Numbered from the stretch's first letter, positions 18,487 to 28,064 are shown. The stretch is DNA of 64,000 nucleotides from an uncultured Candidatus Saccharibacteria bacterium (GCA_964464735.1 CAYXKF010000002.1:3833-67832); one strand, 5' to 3'. Made by a program: numbers and translations. Notes: generated by a model not told the origin, from the sequence alone.

Positions 18487-21400
18487 TTAAAAGTTTGCCG
18501 TAACTGTATAAATAATGTTTGTTGTGTATGTTCCAGCTTCGGTGGTAGGTGCAATGTTGGCGATTGAACGGGCAGAATACGTTGTTGTCGCCCCATCCCC
18601 GCTTGCGGCACTTGCAATCGCACTTGGTGTTGTTGCATTGGCGGCGTACGCAAAACCCGATGCTGCGTATGGAGACAAGACTGCACCTATTCCTCCCGAT
18701 GCCGTAAAGCGAAAACCGAATTGTTCGCTACCGGTCGACGAAGCGGTGTTTGTCCCACCAATTGCATTAATAGTATTACTTCCCGACGTCAGCGTCGCAC
18801 CTCGAATGCTTAATGTGTACCCGGATGTTGCGTTGGTTGCGACACTAATAGTATGCGCTTCGGTTTCAGAACTTGCACCACTAGTATCCCCCGTTGCAAA
18901 ACGGGCAGTCGAAGATGAAAGAGTTCCAAAGCCAATCGAATTATCCGAGATCGAAAACGACAATGTTTGCGCACTTGCAAACACCCAACACGAGTCGTTG
19001 TTACCCGAATTAATTGAGTTTGTTGTATTGATTGTAATGGCCCCAACTTCACATCCGCCGTCTTGCACGTCTGCATAATCAACCGACGCGGTGCCGGTTG
19101 GATTAAACTGCCACTTGGTTCCGCTTGAAACCGAGCGCAGTCGGATGCGGTTACCCGCGCTTCCGGCAACGGTAAATAAATTTGTTACTGCATAAATAGG
19201 CACTCCTGAAACGGCAAATTGAACTTCTTTGGCAGCGGTATGTGTAATAGTTAGGTTATAGAATGTTGTTGAACCTGTTACTACGGCAGTTGTGGCACTA
19301 TTAAGAATCACAGTCGAGGTTCCTTGCGTAAAAGTGCCAGCATTCGTCCAGTTGCCAGCAACCGTAATCGTTGATGCATTGGCCGTCAGCGTTGCCCCCG
19401 ACTGAATATCAATTGCACCCGCATTAAGGGCATAGTTCGTTGCGGTAGTAGTAAGCGTGTTGGCGGCAATACTTACGGTTCCTGTTGCTGTCGTCGTACC
19501 ATTTAAAGATTTTGTACCACTGGCTCCTGATATGGTTAATCCAACATATGAGATCGTACTGTCGACATTCTGAGTTGTACCGTTATACTCAACCACCGAT
19601 CCTGCGCCCATCGTTCGAGTTTCGAAGCTTTGATACGTGCCTGTAAAGTTCGCTGCACCTGCCCGCAAGGTGGCATTAGTCACTGTAAGAGTGTTAGTCC
19701 CATTTCCAATAAACGAGGACGTGGCAGCGTTTAGTATGCCGTTGGTAACAGTAAGATCATGGTTTACCGTTAAGTTACCTGCACCTGGGGTTTTAATCCC
19801 TGTTCCTGACGAAATAACATCATAAAAAACTCCTTGGATGTTTCCATCCCCGTTGCCCGAAAATGTAACCTCGGATGTTCCCGGATTCATAACCCCGTTC
19901 GAGTTTTTAAGAAAGATGTTTCCACTTGTACCAGTAACATTTATATTTGAGTCGTTAAGCGTCATAATCGCACTTGCCGTGTTTGCAATTAATACCTTTC
20001 CTACGCTCAAAGCATAGTTATTATTTGTTGTATCAAACGTACCGAGCGTAACCGTCAGGGTTCCTGCAGGGTCAATAGTTGTCGAGCCCTCTAATACATA
20101 GGTTTCAGAAGTGTTATTAAGTGTCAAGTTATAGTATGTAACATCATCTGAAATCGTGGTATTACCAGAAGCATTGTTTCCCATAAGCGTAACAGTCGAT
20201 GTGCCGCGGTCGAATGTGCCGGCGTTGGTAAGTACCGTACCCGTCGTACCATTAAGGGTAACACTCGATGAGCTTGCACTAAAAGTTCCACTTGCTCCAA
20301 TATCAAGTCGACCGAATGCACAGGCCTGCCCGCCGGTTGCAAGCGTTCCGTTACTGACGGAAAGTACATTAGAAACTGTCAGGGTGATACCAGCCGTTTT
20401 TGTTCCTGTACCTGATAGAGTCAAATTATAGAAAGTAATGGTAGTACCTGAAGTCAGTATCTGAACATCACCATTTCCAACAATATCAACGGTTGAGGAT
20501 CCGGCAGTAAATATGGCAGCAACCGGCTTGGTAATATAGATTCCCGATGTTGCAGTCAATGTAATCGTTGATCCGCGGGCATTCACAATAGCTGAAGCAC
20601 TGTTTGCCCAAACTATTTTCCCTACCGAAAGTGCGTAATTGTTGGTTGTGGTATCAAGAGTCCCTGCACTAATAGTAAGCGTACCACCGGCATTTCCTGT
20701 AGTTGCCCCTTCAAGCTCGTATGTTTCAGAACTATTATTGATAGTAAGGTTATAATACGGTATATCTTTATTTATAATGGTATTACCTGATCCATTATTT
20801 CCCGTATAGGTAGTAGTAGATGTTCCCATATTAAATGTTCCAGCAGTGGATAATACAGGATCACCACTAGTCCCTGAAAGGGTTAACGTGGACGCATTCA
20901 AGGTTAATGTTCCCCCAGATTGCACATCAATAATTCCTGCGGCTAATCCGAAGTTTGACGCGGTCGTGCTGAGTGTTCCGTTAGTGAGAGAAAAAGTATT
21001 CGATACTGTTGTCGCAGCCCCTAGCGTTTTAGTTCCTGTACCCGATATGGTCATATTATAAAACGTCGGCGGAGTGTTGGTCGTCAACGCGGCATCGCCG
21101 TTTCCGCTGAAATTTACAGTCGAGGTACCCGCAGTTACCGTCGAAGATGAACCTTTGGTAAAAAGCGTTCCGGATGTTGCGGTAATATTAATCGTTGATG
21201 CGTTAAACAGCATGATGGCACTTGCGCTGTTGGCTGTGATAATTTTACCTGTTGTGAGTGTATAGTTGGAACTTGTTGTATCAAGTGTTCCCAAAGATAC
21301 GGTCAATGTTCCCGCGGCATTCACCGTCGTTGCACCTTCAAGTACGAATGTTTCAGAGGTGTTGTTAACCGTAAGGTTATAATACGGAATTCCCTGACTT

Positions 21401-24400
21401 ATAATCGTGTTCCCTGATGCATTGTTCGCCGTATAGGATACGGTCGACGTTCCCATGTTTAATGTTCCTGCCGTCGAATCAACCGGATCACCGTCAGTGG
21501 TTGTAAACCCGATAGCAGACGCGTTTGCCGTAAATGTTCCTCCTGATTGCACATCAAGGTTTCCAACTGAAAGGCTAAGATTGCTGGCACTCGTACTAAA
21601 CGTACCATTGGTAATCGAAAGCGTTCCCGCGGCATTCAGTGTCAGCGCAAGACCAAGCGTTTTGGTTCCGGTTCCAGACGATGTCATGTTATAGAATGTT
21701 GGCGACGAGGTAGCGTTTATGGTCGCGTCTCCGTTACCAGTAAGCGCAACGGTTGATGTTCCGGCGTTGAAAACAGCACTTGATGCTTTTGTAAATAACG
21801 TTACCCCTGTCCCAGTGAGGTTAATTGTCGAAGCATTGGCCGTTAAAATACACCCCGAGTTATTAGATGCTAAGTTAATTCTTCCCGCGTTGAGCGTATA
21901 GTTACTGTTTGTCGTATCCAGAGTACCCAAGGTAATCGTAAGCACCCCGGCGGCGTTGATCGTCGTTGTCCCGTTGAGTACGAATGTTTCAGAGGTGTTG
22001 TTAACCGTAAGGTTATAATACGAGACGTTGCTTGGTATCGTCGTGTTTCCTGCCGCATTGTTTCCTGTAAGCGCAATCGTTGATGTTCCCGCCGTAAACA
22101 TGCCGCCAGCCGTAAGTGTAAGTGGTGTTCCAGTTGTACCGGTAAGGGTGATCGTAGAAGCGTTTGCAGTAAGTGTTCCCGTTGATCCGATGGTAAGCGT
22201 CGTGCCTGTAAGTGAGCGCGATGTACCGTTTGAAGTATTTAATATACCGTTTACCGTAATTGTTCCCAGCGCCGGAGAGTTCACGTTCATCGTTACGGTA
22301 TCGGTCGCAAGAATCGTGATGTTGTCCCCCGCCGCAGGAACGCCACCCGTACCTGCACATCCGCTCCAGGTTGCACCGGTGTTCCATGAACCACCACCCG
22401 TTCCGTTTGTCGTACACGTCGCGTCGGACGCAACTTGCCATTCGCGCGCTTCGTGAAAAATATCTTCGCCGTCTTCAAAAAATGTCAGCGGTCCTAGTAA
22501 GTAAAACTCAGGGCTTACGTCAGGCGCGTCAAAATAGTACCCTAAAACGGTTTCAACACCCGCTTCAAGCGAAACATTCCACGTAATTTTTTGCACACCG
22601 TATTCGTAATCAACTGATTCATATGCCTGGCTATGCTGCGGTTGCGTAATGTCAAAACTTTCCGGAACAATCTCAACGACTTCGCCCTCCCAATCAGTTT
22701 CCGAAGTAACATACAGTGTTACTGGGTATGGCGCGCCAGGATAAATGCGCGACGGCCCGGTACGGCGTACATCGAATTTTGGACGTGATGCAATTTTAAA
22801 ATAATCGGTAATCGATTTCTCACCGTTGTCGGTCATCGCAGTTAGATGCATAGAATACGTGCCGACCGCACTTGGCAAATTAAGATGCGCATAGTAATCG
22901 GGTGTCATGATAACGTTATCAATCTGACAGTCAGTGTTTTTTACAATTGTCCCATTGTCAGTTGAAAGTGATTGGTTATAGCCACCAGGACCAGTAACCC
23001 TAAGTGTAAGGTCAGCATTACAAATAGTATGACCATTGTCATCAAGGACACCCATCTGCAAGTATGCATTATCGCCCGGCACATATATCGATTTACTGGT
23101 GTTGATCGAAAGAACCCCCCACGTGAAATCCTGTTCGGAAATAATGATCATCTGCGGCGTCATCAAAGACACCTTAAGCGTATAGCGCCCGGGCTTAAAT
23201 GCCCGTTCGGGTTGATGGATTGTAATTTTTTGTTTTTCGACGCCGTTTTCGACAATAGTTTCGACCGTTACAACAATATCAGTCACGTTACCGTCACGAT
23301 CAAGCACGACAGCTTCGACCGTTTGGGGTTCGTCGGCTTCGACAACTGGCACATCTAAAGTCGAGACGATTTCTTCGGTGATTGCGGCCGTAGCATCAGT
23401 AAGTGTTTCGACAATCGGCGCAATAACTTCGGCAGCTTGTTCAACAATTGGGCTTGGCGTTTCAGCATCAAGCGTCGGCACGATTTCTGATTCGGGTGCC
23501 AACACTCCAGTAATATCCAAAATTACCTCGGCTTTATTTTCAGCAACCAACTCGGTCACTTGTTCAATTGAAAGTTTTGGATCCTCGACAATAAATGTCG
23601 GCAAAGCATTAGGTGCAAAATCAGTGTCACCGTCGACGATCGAAAGCGATTCGTCGGTAATCATGACGGTCGGCACAACTGCGGGATCTTCGGCTTTATG
23701 ATATTGCGCTTCGATACTTACGCTCTCTAGATACGCCGTTAATTTTTCTGGAGCTTCGTCGGCAATAGTAATTGCAATGCGCAGTTGCGAAACATCAGCC
23801 CACGTTGAAACATCAGGATCAGTGATTTCAAAACGCGCATTGTGCCAATCACTGGTGCTAATATCTGCAAGCGCTTTCCATGTCTCGCCGTCAACCGAAT
23901 ACACGATTTTTGCAAGTGGTGCATCCGTCGCAATATCCGCGTCATTTATTTCGCCATTTGTTTCAGCTTCTTCGGCATACACTTTTGCAATCAGTGAATC
24001 AAAAAATTGCATTGCGGTCGATTCGCCATCATCAGTCGACGTATCAGAATCTTCGGAAGAAGATTCAGAAACTTGCGACTCGTTTTCAACCAGCTCGTCA
24101 TGTGATTCTTCTTCCTGTACGGCTGTCTCTTCAACAACATTTTCTTGCTCTTCGACAATAGGCTCGTTTTGATCTTCGTCTGGTAGTGGAGCCAGTGTTT
24201 GTTCTTCAACCGAAGATTCACCTGAAATCTCTGGGTCGTCCTGACTTTCAGGCGCCTCATTGTCTTGTGTTTGATTATCGGTTGGCGATGATACTTTCCA
24301 GCGAAGCGTCAAAAAGAATTTTTCAGGCGAAACGCCTTCGGGTATTTCGCCATTAAAGTCGCGACATGTCATTTCGTTCCCTGCTTTTCCTTCGGCGCTG

Positions 24401-24681
24401 TTTTCGGACGTAATAGCACCTTCATCATCCGGATCCCCGACCGCACGATCGGCATTGTTCCACGAGCCAATACAAGTATCCGGGCGAAAGACGACAATAT
24501 CAGCACGCGTATTATGAAAAGGACTTAATACAAAAAGCGCAATGATGGTTACAGCCGTCAGTATAATTTTTGATGCATGCCAAAAACCACGAGGCAACGC
24601 GCTGACATGGTCACGAATTGGTTGTAAAGATGCGGTTGATTTTACAGGCAACATACGCACGCGATCCCAAAAGCGCATCAT
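18487..24681 (-). CDS. Giant (2064 aa) surface adhesin: acidic N-region, beta-helix-like repeats, C-terminal WxL-like domain
   Basis: N-terminal signal/TM; E/D-rich segment; repeated F.AGTST...YYNLTVNNTSET units; C-terminal domain paralogous to 17337-18380. Confidence 0.8.
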   Translation of the reverse strand: MMRFWDRVRMLPVKSTASLQPIRDHVSALPRGFWHASKIILTAVTIIALFVLSPFHNTRADIVVFRPDTCIGSWNNADRAVGDPDDEGAITSENSAEGKAGNEMTCRDFNGEIPEGVSPEKFFLTLRWKVSSPTDNQTQDNEAPESQDDPEISGESSVEEQTLAPLPDEDQNEPIVEEQENVVEETAVQEEESHDELVENESQVSESSSEDSDTSTDDGESTAMQFFDSLIAKVYAEEAETNGEINDADIATDAPLAKIVYSVDGETWKALADISTSDWHNARFEITDPDVSTWADVSQLRIAITIADEAPEKLTAYLESVSIEAQYHKAEDPAVVPTVMITDESLSIVDGDTDFAPNALPTFIVEDPKLSIEQVTELVAENKAEVILDITGVLAPESEIVPTLDAETPSPIVEQAAEVIAPIVETLTDATAAITEEIVSTLDVPVVEADEPQTVEAVVLDRDGNVTDIVVTVETIVENGVEKQKITIHQPERAFKPGRYTLKVSLMTPQMIIISEQDFTWGVLSINTSKSIYVPGDNAYLQMGVLDDNGHTICNADLTLRVTGPGGYNQSLSTDNGTIVKNTDCQIDNVIMTPDYYAHLNLPSAVGTYSMHLTAMTDNGEKSITDYFKIASRPKFDVRRTGPSRIYPGAPYPVTLYVTSETDWEGEVVEIVPESFDITQPQHSQAYESVDYEYGVQKITWNVSLEAGVETVLGYYFDAPDVSPEFYLLGPLTFFEDGEDIFHEAREWQVASDATCTTNGTGGGSWNTGATWSGCAGTGGVPAAGDNITILATDTVTMNVNSPALGTITVNGILNTSNGTSRSLTGTTLTIGSTGTLTANASTITLTGTTGTPLTLTAGGMFTAGTSTIALTGNNAAGNTTIPSNVSYYNLTVNNTSETFVLNGTTTINAAGVLTITLGTLDTTNSNYTLNAGRINLASNNSGCILTANASTINLTGTGVTLFTKASSAVFNAGTSTVALTGNGDATINATSSPTFYNMTSSGTGTKTLGLALTLNAAGTLSITNGTFSTSASNLSLSVGNLDVQSGGTFTANASAIGFTTTDGDPVDSTAGTLNMGTSTVSYTANNASGNTIISQGIPYYNLTVNNTSETFVLEGATTVNAAGTLTVSLGTLDTTSSNYTLTTGKIITANSASAIMLFNASTINITATSGTLFTKGSSSTVTAGTSTVNFSGNGDAALTTNTPPTFYNMTISGTGTKTLGAATTVSNTFSLTNGTLSTTASNFGLAAGIIDVQSGGTLTLNASTLTLSGTSGDPVLSTAGTFNMGTSTTTYTGNNGSGNTIINKDIPYYNLTINNSSETYELEGATTGNAGGTLTISAGTLDTTTNNYALSVGKIVWANSASAIVNARGSTITLTATSGIYITKPVAAIFTAGSSTVDIVGNGDVQILTSGTTITFYNLTLSGTGTKTAGITLTVSNVLSVSNGTLATGGQACAFGRLDIGASGTFSASSSSVTLNGTTGTVLTNAGTFDRGTSTVTLMGNNASGNTTISDDVTYYNLTLNNTSETYVLEGSTTIDPAGTLTVTLGTFDTTNNNYALSVGKVLIANTASAIMTLNDSNINVTGTSGNIFLKNSNGVMNPGTSEVTFSGNGDGNIQGVFYDVISSGTGIKTPGAGNLTVNHDLTVTNGILNAATSSFIGNGTNTLTVTNATLRAGAANFTGTYQSFETRTMGAGSVVEYNGTTQNVDSTISYVGLTISGASGTKSLNGTTTATGTVSIAANTLTTTATNYALNAGAIDIQSGATLTANASTITVAGNWTNAGTFTQGTSTVILNSATTAVVTGSTTFYNLTITHTAAKEVQFAVSGVPIYAVTNLFTVAGSAGNRIRLRSVSSGTKWQFNPTGTASVDYADVQDGGCEVGAITINTTNSINSGNNDSCWVFASAQTLSFSISDNSIGFGTLSSSTARFATGDTSGASSETEAHTISVATNATSGYTLSIRGATLTSGSNTINAIGGTNTASSTGSEQFGFRFTASGGIGAVLSPYAASGFAYAANATTPSAIASAASGDGATTTYSARSIANIAPTTEAGTYTTNIIYTVTANF
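21341..22022. repeat. 46-bp identical direct repeat inside the adhesin (21341-21386 and 21977-22022)
   Basis: AGTACGAATGTTTCAGAGGTGTTGTTAACCGTAAGGTTATAATACG occurs twice, 636 bp (212 codons) apart. Confidence 0.9.
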
Positions 24682-24714
24682 GCCCCCAGTATAGCAAATT
24701 AAGCAAAAAATTCC

Positions 24715-26202
24715 TTAGACAATCATCTTTCTAAACGATACGCACAGCAAACAATAAATTGCGATCATACTAACTAATGAAAGCGAGAAATTTATAGTCG
24801 AAAATGGCAAAGCGCTAATAAAATGGGCAATGCTTATGATGTACCCGATCGCAATCTTAAAAGGTAAGGCAATGACAAAACCGATTGCATACGAGAAAAG
24901 CGCAACCGGCACAAGCAACGCACTAAGTGCCATAACAATAGGAACAAACGGCACGACCAAAAGATTTGCGATAAGCCCATAAATCGCAAACGTGCCAAAC
25001 TGGTACATACTGTAGGGATACACAAAAAGCGATACTGCCGCAGTTATCGCAAGCGTCTCGCGAAGGATAAATTTTTCTGGGACGCGCGAGAAAAGATTTT
25101 CAAAGTAATCGCTTCCCAAAACCATTCCCAAAGTTGCCAAAAAAGATAAATGAAACGACACATCATAAAGCAGTATTGCCGGATTAATTGACGCCATAAT
25201 AATTGCCGAAAAGCACAGCGCCCTAAATCCAAGCGCTGGATTCCCCCGCTCTTTTACCAAGTACGCTAGTGCCGCCATAATGACTGCGCGCAATAGCGGC
25301 GGATCGCTTCCTAGAAAAAATAATATCGCTGCAAACAGCAGCGTGTGTGCTAAAAATTTTACGAAGCGATTACGGATAATTGAAAATAGCGGCAACAAGA
25401 TGATAAGCATGATGGTTACATTTGATCCCGAAAGCACCATAATGTGCGACAACCCTGCGGTGCGAAATGTATTTTCAAGCATGTTAGGTATATGTGCTTT
25501 TTCGCCATATACAATACCTGCAGCAATTGCGGCATTAGCCGGCTGTAGATAACTACGGTACGTATTCCAAAATAATTCGCGCACTTTGTTTCGGACACGA
25601 TACAATCCACGCGCGCTTTCGCTGGCAACAATGCGTGCGGACTGCATCGTGCAGCACACACCTTTTGCTAAAAGATAATCAGCAAATGTCGTATCCGAAT
25701 CACCAAGCTTTGTTTGCTTAGGCGCAAGCAATATTCCAGCAACTGAAACGGTGCTGCCTTGTGTTACTGAAGGAGTTATTGAAACTATTACCCGCGCACG
25801 AAAATGTTTTTGCAGCTTTTCACAATACGTCGAATCGTTTGAACATATAGTTCGAAAGCGCATATCAAATTGATAGCCACCAAACTGTGTTTCTGAAACA
25901 TCGGTCACTACAATTCCTTGTATAACCGACTTTTCGTATCGGCGCATAAATTCTGTCGACATATCCGAGGAACGCATAACACCCAATGAAGCGACCAACC
26001 CGACTGCAAAGGCAAAAAATATCCAGCCGATCCAACTTATTTTTGCTGTCGCACGAAAACGAATACACCAAACAATAAGCGCACTAATTACAGAAAAAAT
26101 TGCAAGCCAAAGCAGCAATTTAAAAGGCACCTGCGGCACATGCCACAAAAGGGCTCCTGCAAGCCAACTGCTTATGCATGCAATAAACCAATACCGTGGC
26201 AT
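24715..26202 (-). CDS. comEC: ComEC/Rec2 DNA-uptake channel (OB + Competence domains, no MBL domain)
   Basis: FRTAGLSHIMVLSGSNV, LRAVIMA, DVSFHLSFLATLG and ANLLVVP. Confidence 0.92.
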   Translation of the reverse strand: MPRYWFIACISSWLAGALLWHVPQVPFKLLLWLAIFSVISALIVWCIRFRATAKISWIGWIFFAFAVGLVASLGVMRSSDMSTEFMRRYEKSVIQGIVVTDVSETQFGGYQFDMRFRTICSNDSTYCEKLQKHFRARVIVSITPSVTQGSTVSVAGILLAPKQTKLGDSDTTFADYLLAKGVCCTMQSARIVASESARGLYRVRNKVRELFWNTYRSYLQPANAAIAAGIVYGEKAHIPNMLENTFRTAGLSHIMVLSGSNVTIMLIILLPLFSIIRNRFVKFLAHTLLFAAILFFLGSDPPLLRAVIMAALAYLVKERGNPALGFRALCFSAIIMASINPAILLYDVSFHLSFLATLGMVLGSDYFENLFSRVPEKFILRETLAITAAVSLFVYPYSMYQFGTFAIYGLIANLLVVPFVPIVMALSALLVPVALFSYAIGFVIALPFKIAIGYIISIAHFISALPFSTINFSLSLVSMIAIYCLLCVSFRKMIV

Positions 26203-26215
26203 AATTTACAAGGAA

Positions 26216-26333
26216 CCTTCGGCTCCAAAATATTTTCCGAAGTCCGAAGCTTGTCTAAGCGAAGCGAGTTCTGCAGGACTGAGGAAAATGTTTTGGGGCC
26301 GAAGCTATCCGAGCGAAAGCGAGTTCTGAAGGA
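26216..26333 (+). repeat. Structured intergenic element (long hairpin with internal direct repeat)
   Basis: 22-bp arms 26217-26238 / 26283-26304; AGCGAA(A)GCGAGTTCTG(C/A)AGGA twice. Confidence 0.6.
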
Positions 26334-26359
26334 TCGTGAAAAATATAAAGGATGCGAAG

Positions 26360-27085
26360 CTATTGTTTTTCTTGAAATTCTTCCATAATACTTTTTTCTT
26401 CTTCTGCCGAAAATACTTTTTTATATTTTGCCGCTTTGCCGTGCACACGCGCTTTTGTTTCGTCCCAGGTTTTATGTGTCATGATTTTTCCATCAACCAA
26501 ACTGACATAGCTGTAAGCGACTTTCTTTTCCGTAGCACTGGATGGCTTGGCTGGTCTAATATTAGTCGGCACATCCATAAATGTGTCGATTATTTTTGCA
26601 TAATCGGAAAACGAATATTGTTTCGAGAATTTTTTTTTCGAATCGGCCGCAACTGTCGCAAGCTCGTCTACCCGTTCGTTCATCGAGACCCCACTATGGC
26701 CCGATACACGCTTAACATCGCATTTCACACTTTGCATAAGTGCAAAACATTTTTTCCAAAGTTCAAGATTTTGAATAGATTCACCCGTTTGAGTCTTCCA
26801 TCCTTTCTTGATCCAGCCGAAAATCCACATGGTCATCCCCTGCGCAACATACGCCGAATCGGTATATAAAGTCATGTGTGAAATATTTTTTTTATGAGCA
26901 TGGCGCAGGGCTTCGACAACAGCTGTAAGTTCCATTGCATTATTAGTTGTCTTGGTGTCAAAACCAGCGGTTTCATACACGACTTGATTATCGGTATCGA
27001 TCAAGGCAAAACCCCACCCTCCTGGGCCTGGATTTCCCCGCGACGCACCGTCAGTAAATGCAACAACTCCTTCGTGTAATTTCAT
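26360..27085 (-). CDS. rnhA: Ribonuclease HI with C-terminal hybrid-binding (viroplasmin-like) domain
   Basis: FTDGASRGNPGPGGW, TTNNAMEL, TDSAY and GHSG..NERVD; C-terminal HKTWDETKARVHG..KYKK. Confidence 0.92.
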   Translation of the reverse strand: MKLHEGVVAFTDGASRGNPGPGGWGFALIDTDNQVVYETAGFDTKTTNNAMELTAVVEALRHAHKKNISHMTLYTDSAYVAQGMTMWIFGWIKKGWKTQTGESIQNLELWKKCFALMQSVKCDVKRVSGHSGVSMNERVDELATVAADSKKKFSKQYSFSDYAKIIDTFMDVPTNIRPAKPSSATEKKVAYSYVSLVDGKIMTHKTWDETKARVHGKAAKYKKVFSAEEEKSIMEEFQEKQ

Positions 27086-27519
27086 ATATGTGATTCCCTC
27101 TGCTTAAGAGTTTCATTAGCCAAAACTCCGCCAATAATCTCTATCGGTGATTTTGTTGCATATTTTGCCAGCTCTTTTGCTTTTATCGGGAGCGATGCGG
27201 TGGGTTCAGTTTCAGCTCCATAATATACTCGAGGGATTTTTGCCTTAACAAGCGCAGATAAGCAGGTTGCGCATGGTTCAGATGTTGTATAAAAAGTAAC
27301 ATCAGAAAGTGAAAGAGAGTTTCGCATTTTGCAAAGTCCTCGGATGCAATTAATTTCACCGTGAGCAGTCGGATCCATATATTCTTGTACGCGATCGTGG
27401 TCGCGCCAAACAATCTCTCCTTTCTCAGAGACTGCAATTGCGCCAAATGGAGCATTCCCTTCTTTAACTGCAATCTCAGCCTCTTTTAATGCTTCTCGCA
27501 TGTAATCTTCGTGGTTCAT
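27082..27519 (-). CDS. Nucleoside/tRNA deaminase (TadA / guanine-deaminase-like)
   Basis: PFGA, DPTAHGE and EPCATC zinc motif. Confidence 0.88.
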   Translation of the reverse strand: MNHEDYMREALKEAEIAVKEGNAPFGAIAVSEKGEIVWRDHDRVQEYMDPTAHGEINCIRGLCKMRNSLSLSDVTFYTTSEPCATCLSALVKAKIPRVYYGAETEPTASLPIKAKELAKYATKSPIEIIGGVLANETLKQRESHI

Positions 27520-27531
27520 ACCGATACTATA

Positions 27532-28062
27532 TCACTCTTTAAAAAATTTAGACTTTAAAAACTGACCGAAGTCCCATAACTCTTGTTGCCGCTGAGAAAG
27601 TTTAACAATCAGATCTTCTTTTTCACTTTCTGTCAGTTCTTTGTTCACTAATCGCATATCAATCTCTTTACTCACATTCGATACGATGAATTGATCACCC
27701 TCCATATCCTGAGCCCTCAGTTTGATATATTCTTCAGTGGGTCTATTTTTATAAAACTCAGTCAAAAAAGCTTCGGTGCGGGAATATATCGAAGCAATAT
27801 CTTCTTTCTGATTTTCTGATGAAATAAGTATCCAAGGATATGGAGTATCTCCCGTACCGCGTTGTTGCACTGCATGACCGGCGTTCGAGGCAATAGTAGG
27901 TATGCCGTTTACATTAAAAGCCACGATTACCTCTTTCAGTTCCTCATTATCAATAGGCAAGCCATCTTCCATGGTTCCACCCAAGAGATTCATTTGGTTT
28001 TCCCACAGCTTCTGCTTTTGGGATTTTTCAAACTTATTAAGTTCAGGGTTCTTTGGAAACAT
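27532..28062 (-). CDS. Hypothetical protein
   Basis: 176-aa AT-rich ORF; PID..LKEVIVAFNVNGIPTIASNAGH. Confidence 0.65.
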   Translation of the reverse strand: MFPKNPELNKFEKSQKQKLWENQMNLLGGTMEDGLPIDNEELKEVIVAFNVNGIPTIASNAGHAVQQRGTGDTPYPWILISSENQKEDIASIYSRTEAFLTEFYKNRPTEEYIKLRAQDMEGDQFIVSNVSKEIDMRLVNKELTESEKEDLIVKLSQRQQELWDFGQFLKSKFFKE

Positions 28063-28064
28063 GC

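Noticed and set aside
26276-26320. Hammerhead ribozyme (CTGAGGA ... CGAAA)
   Set aside because: Core words are present but no stem II can form between them, and the CTGA is better explained within the long hairpin.
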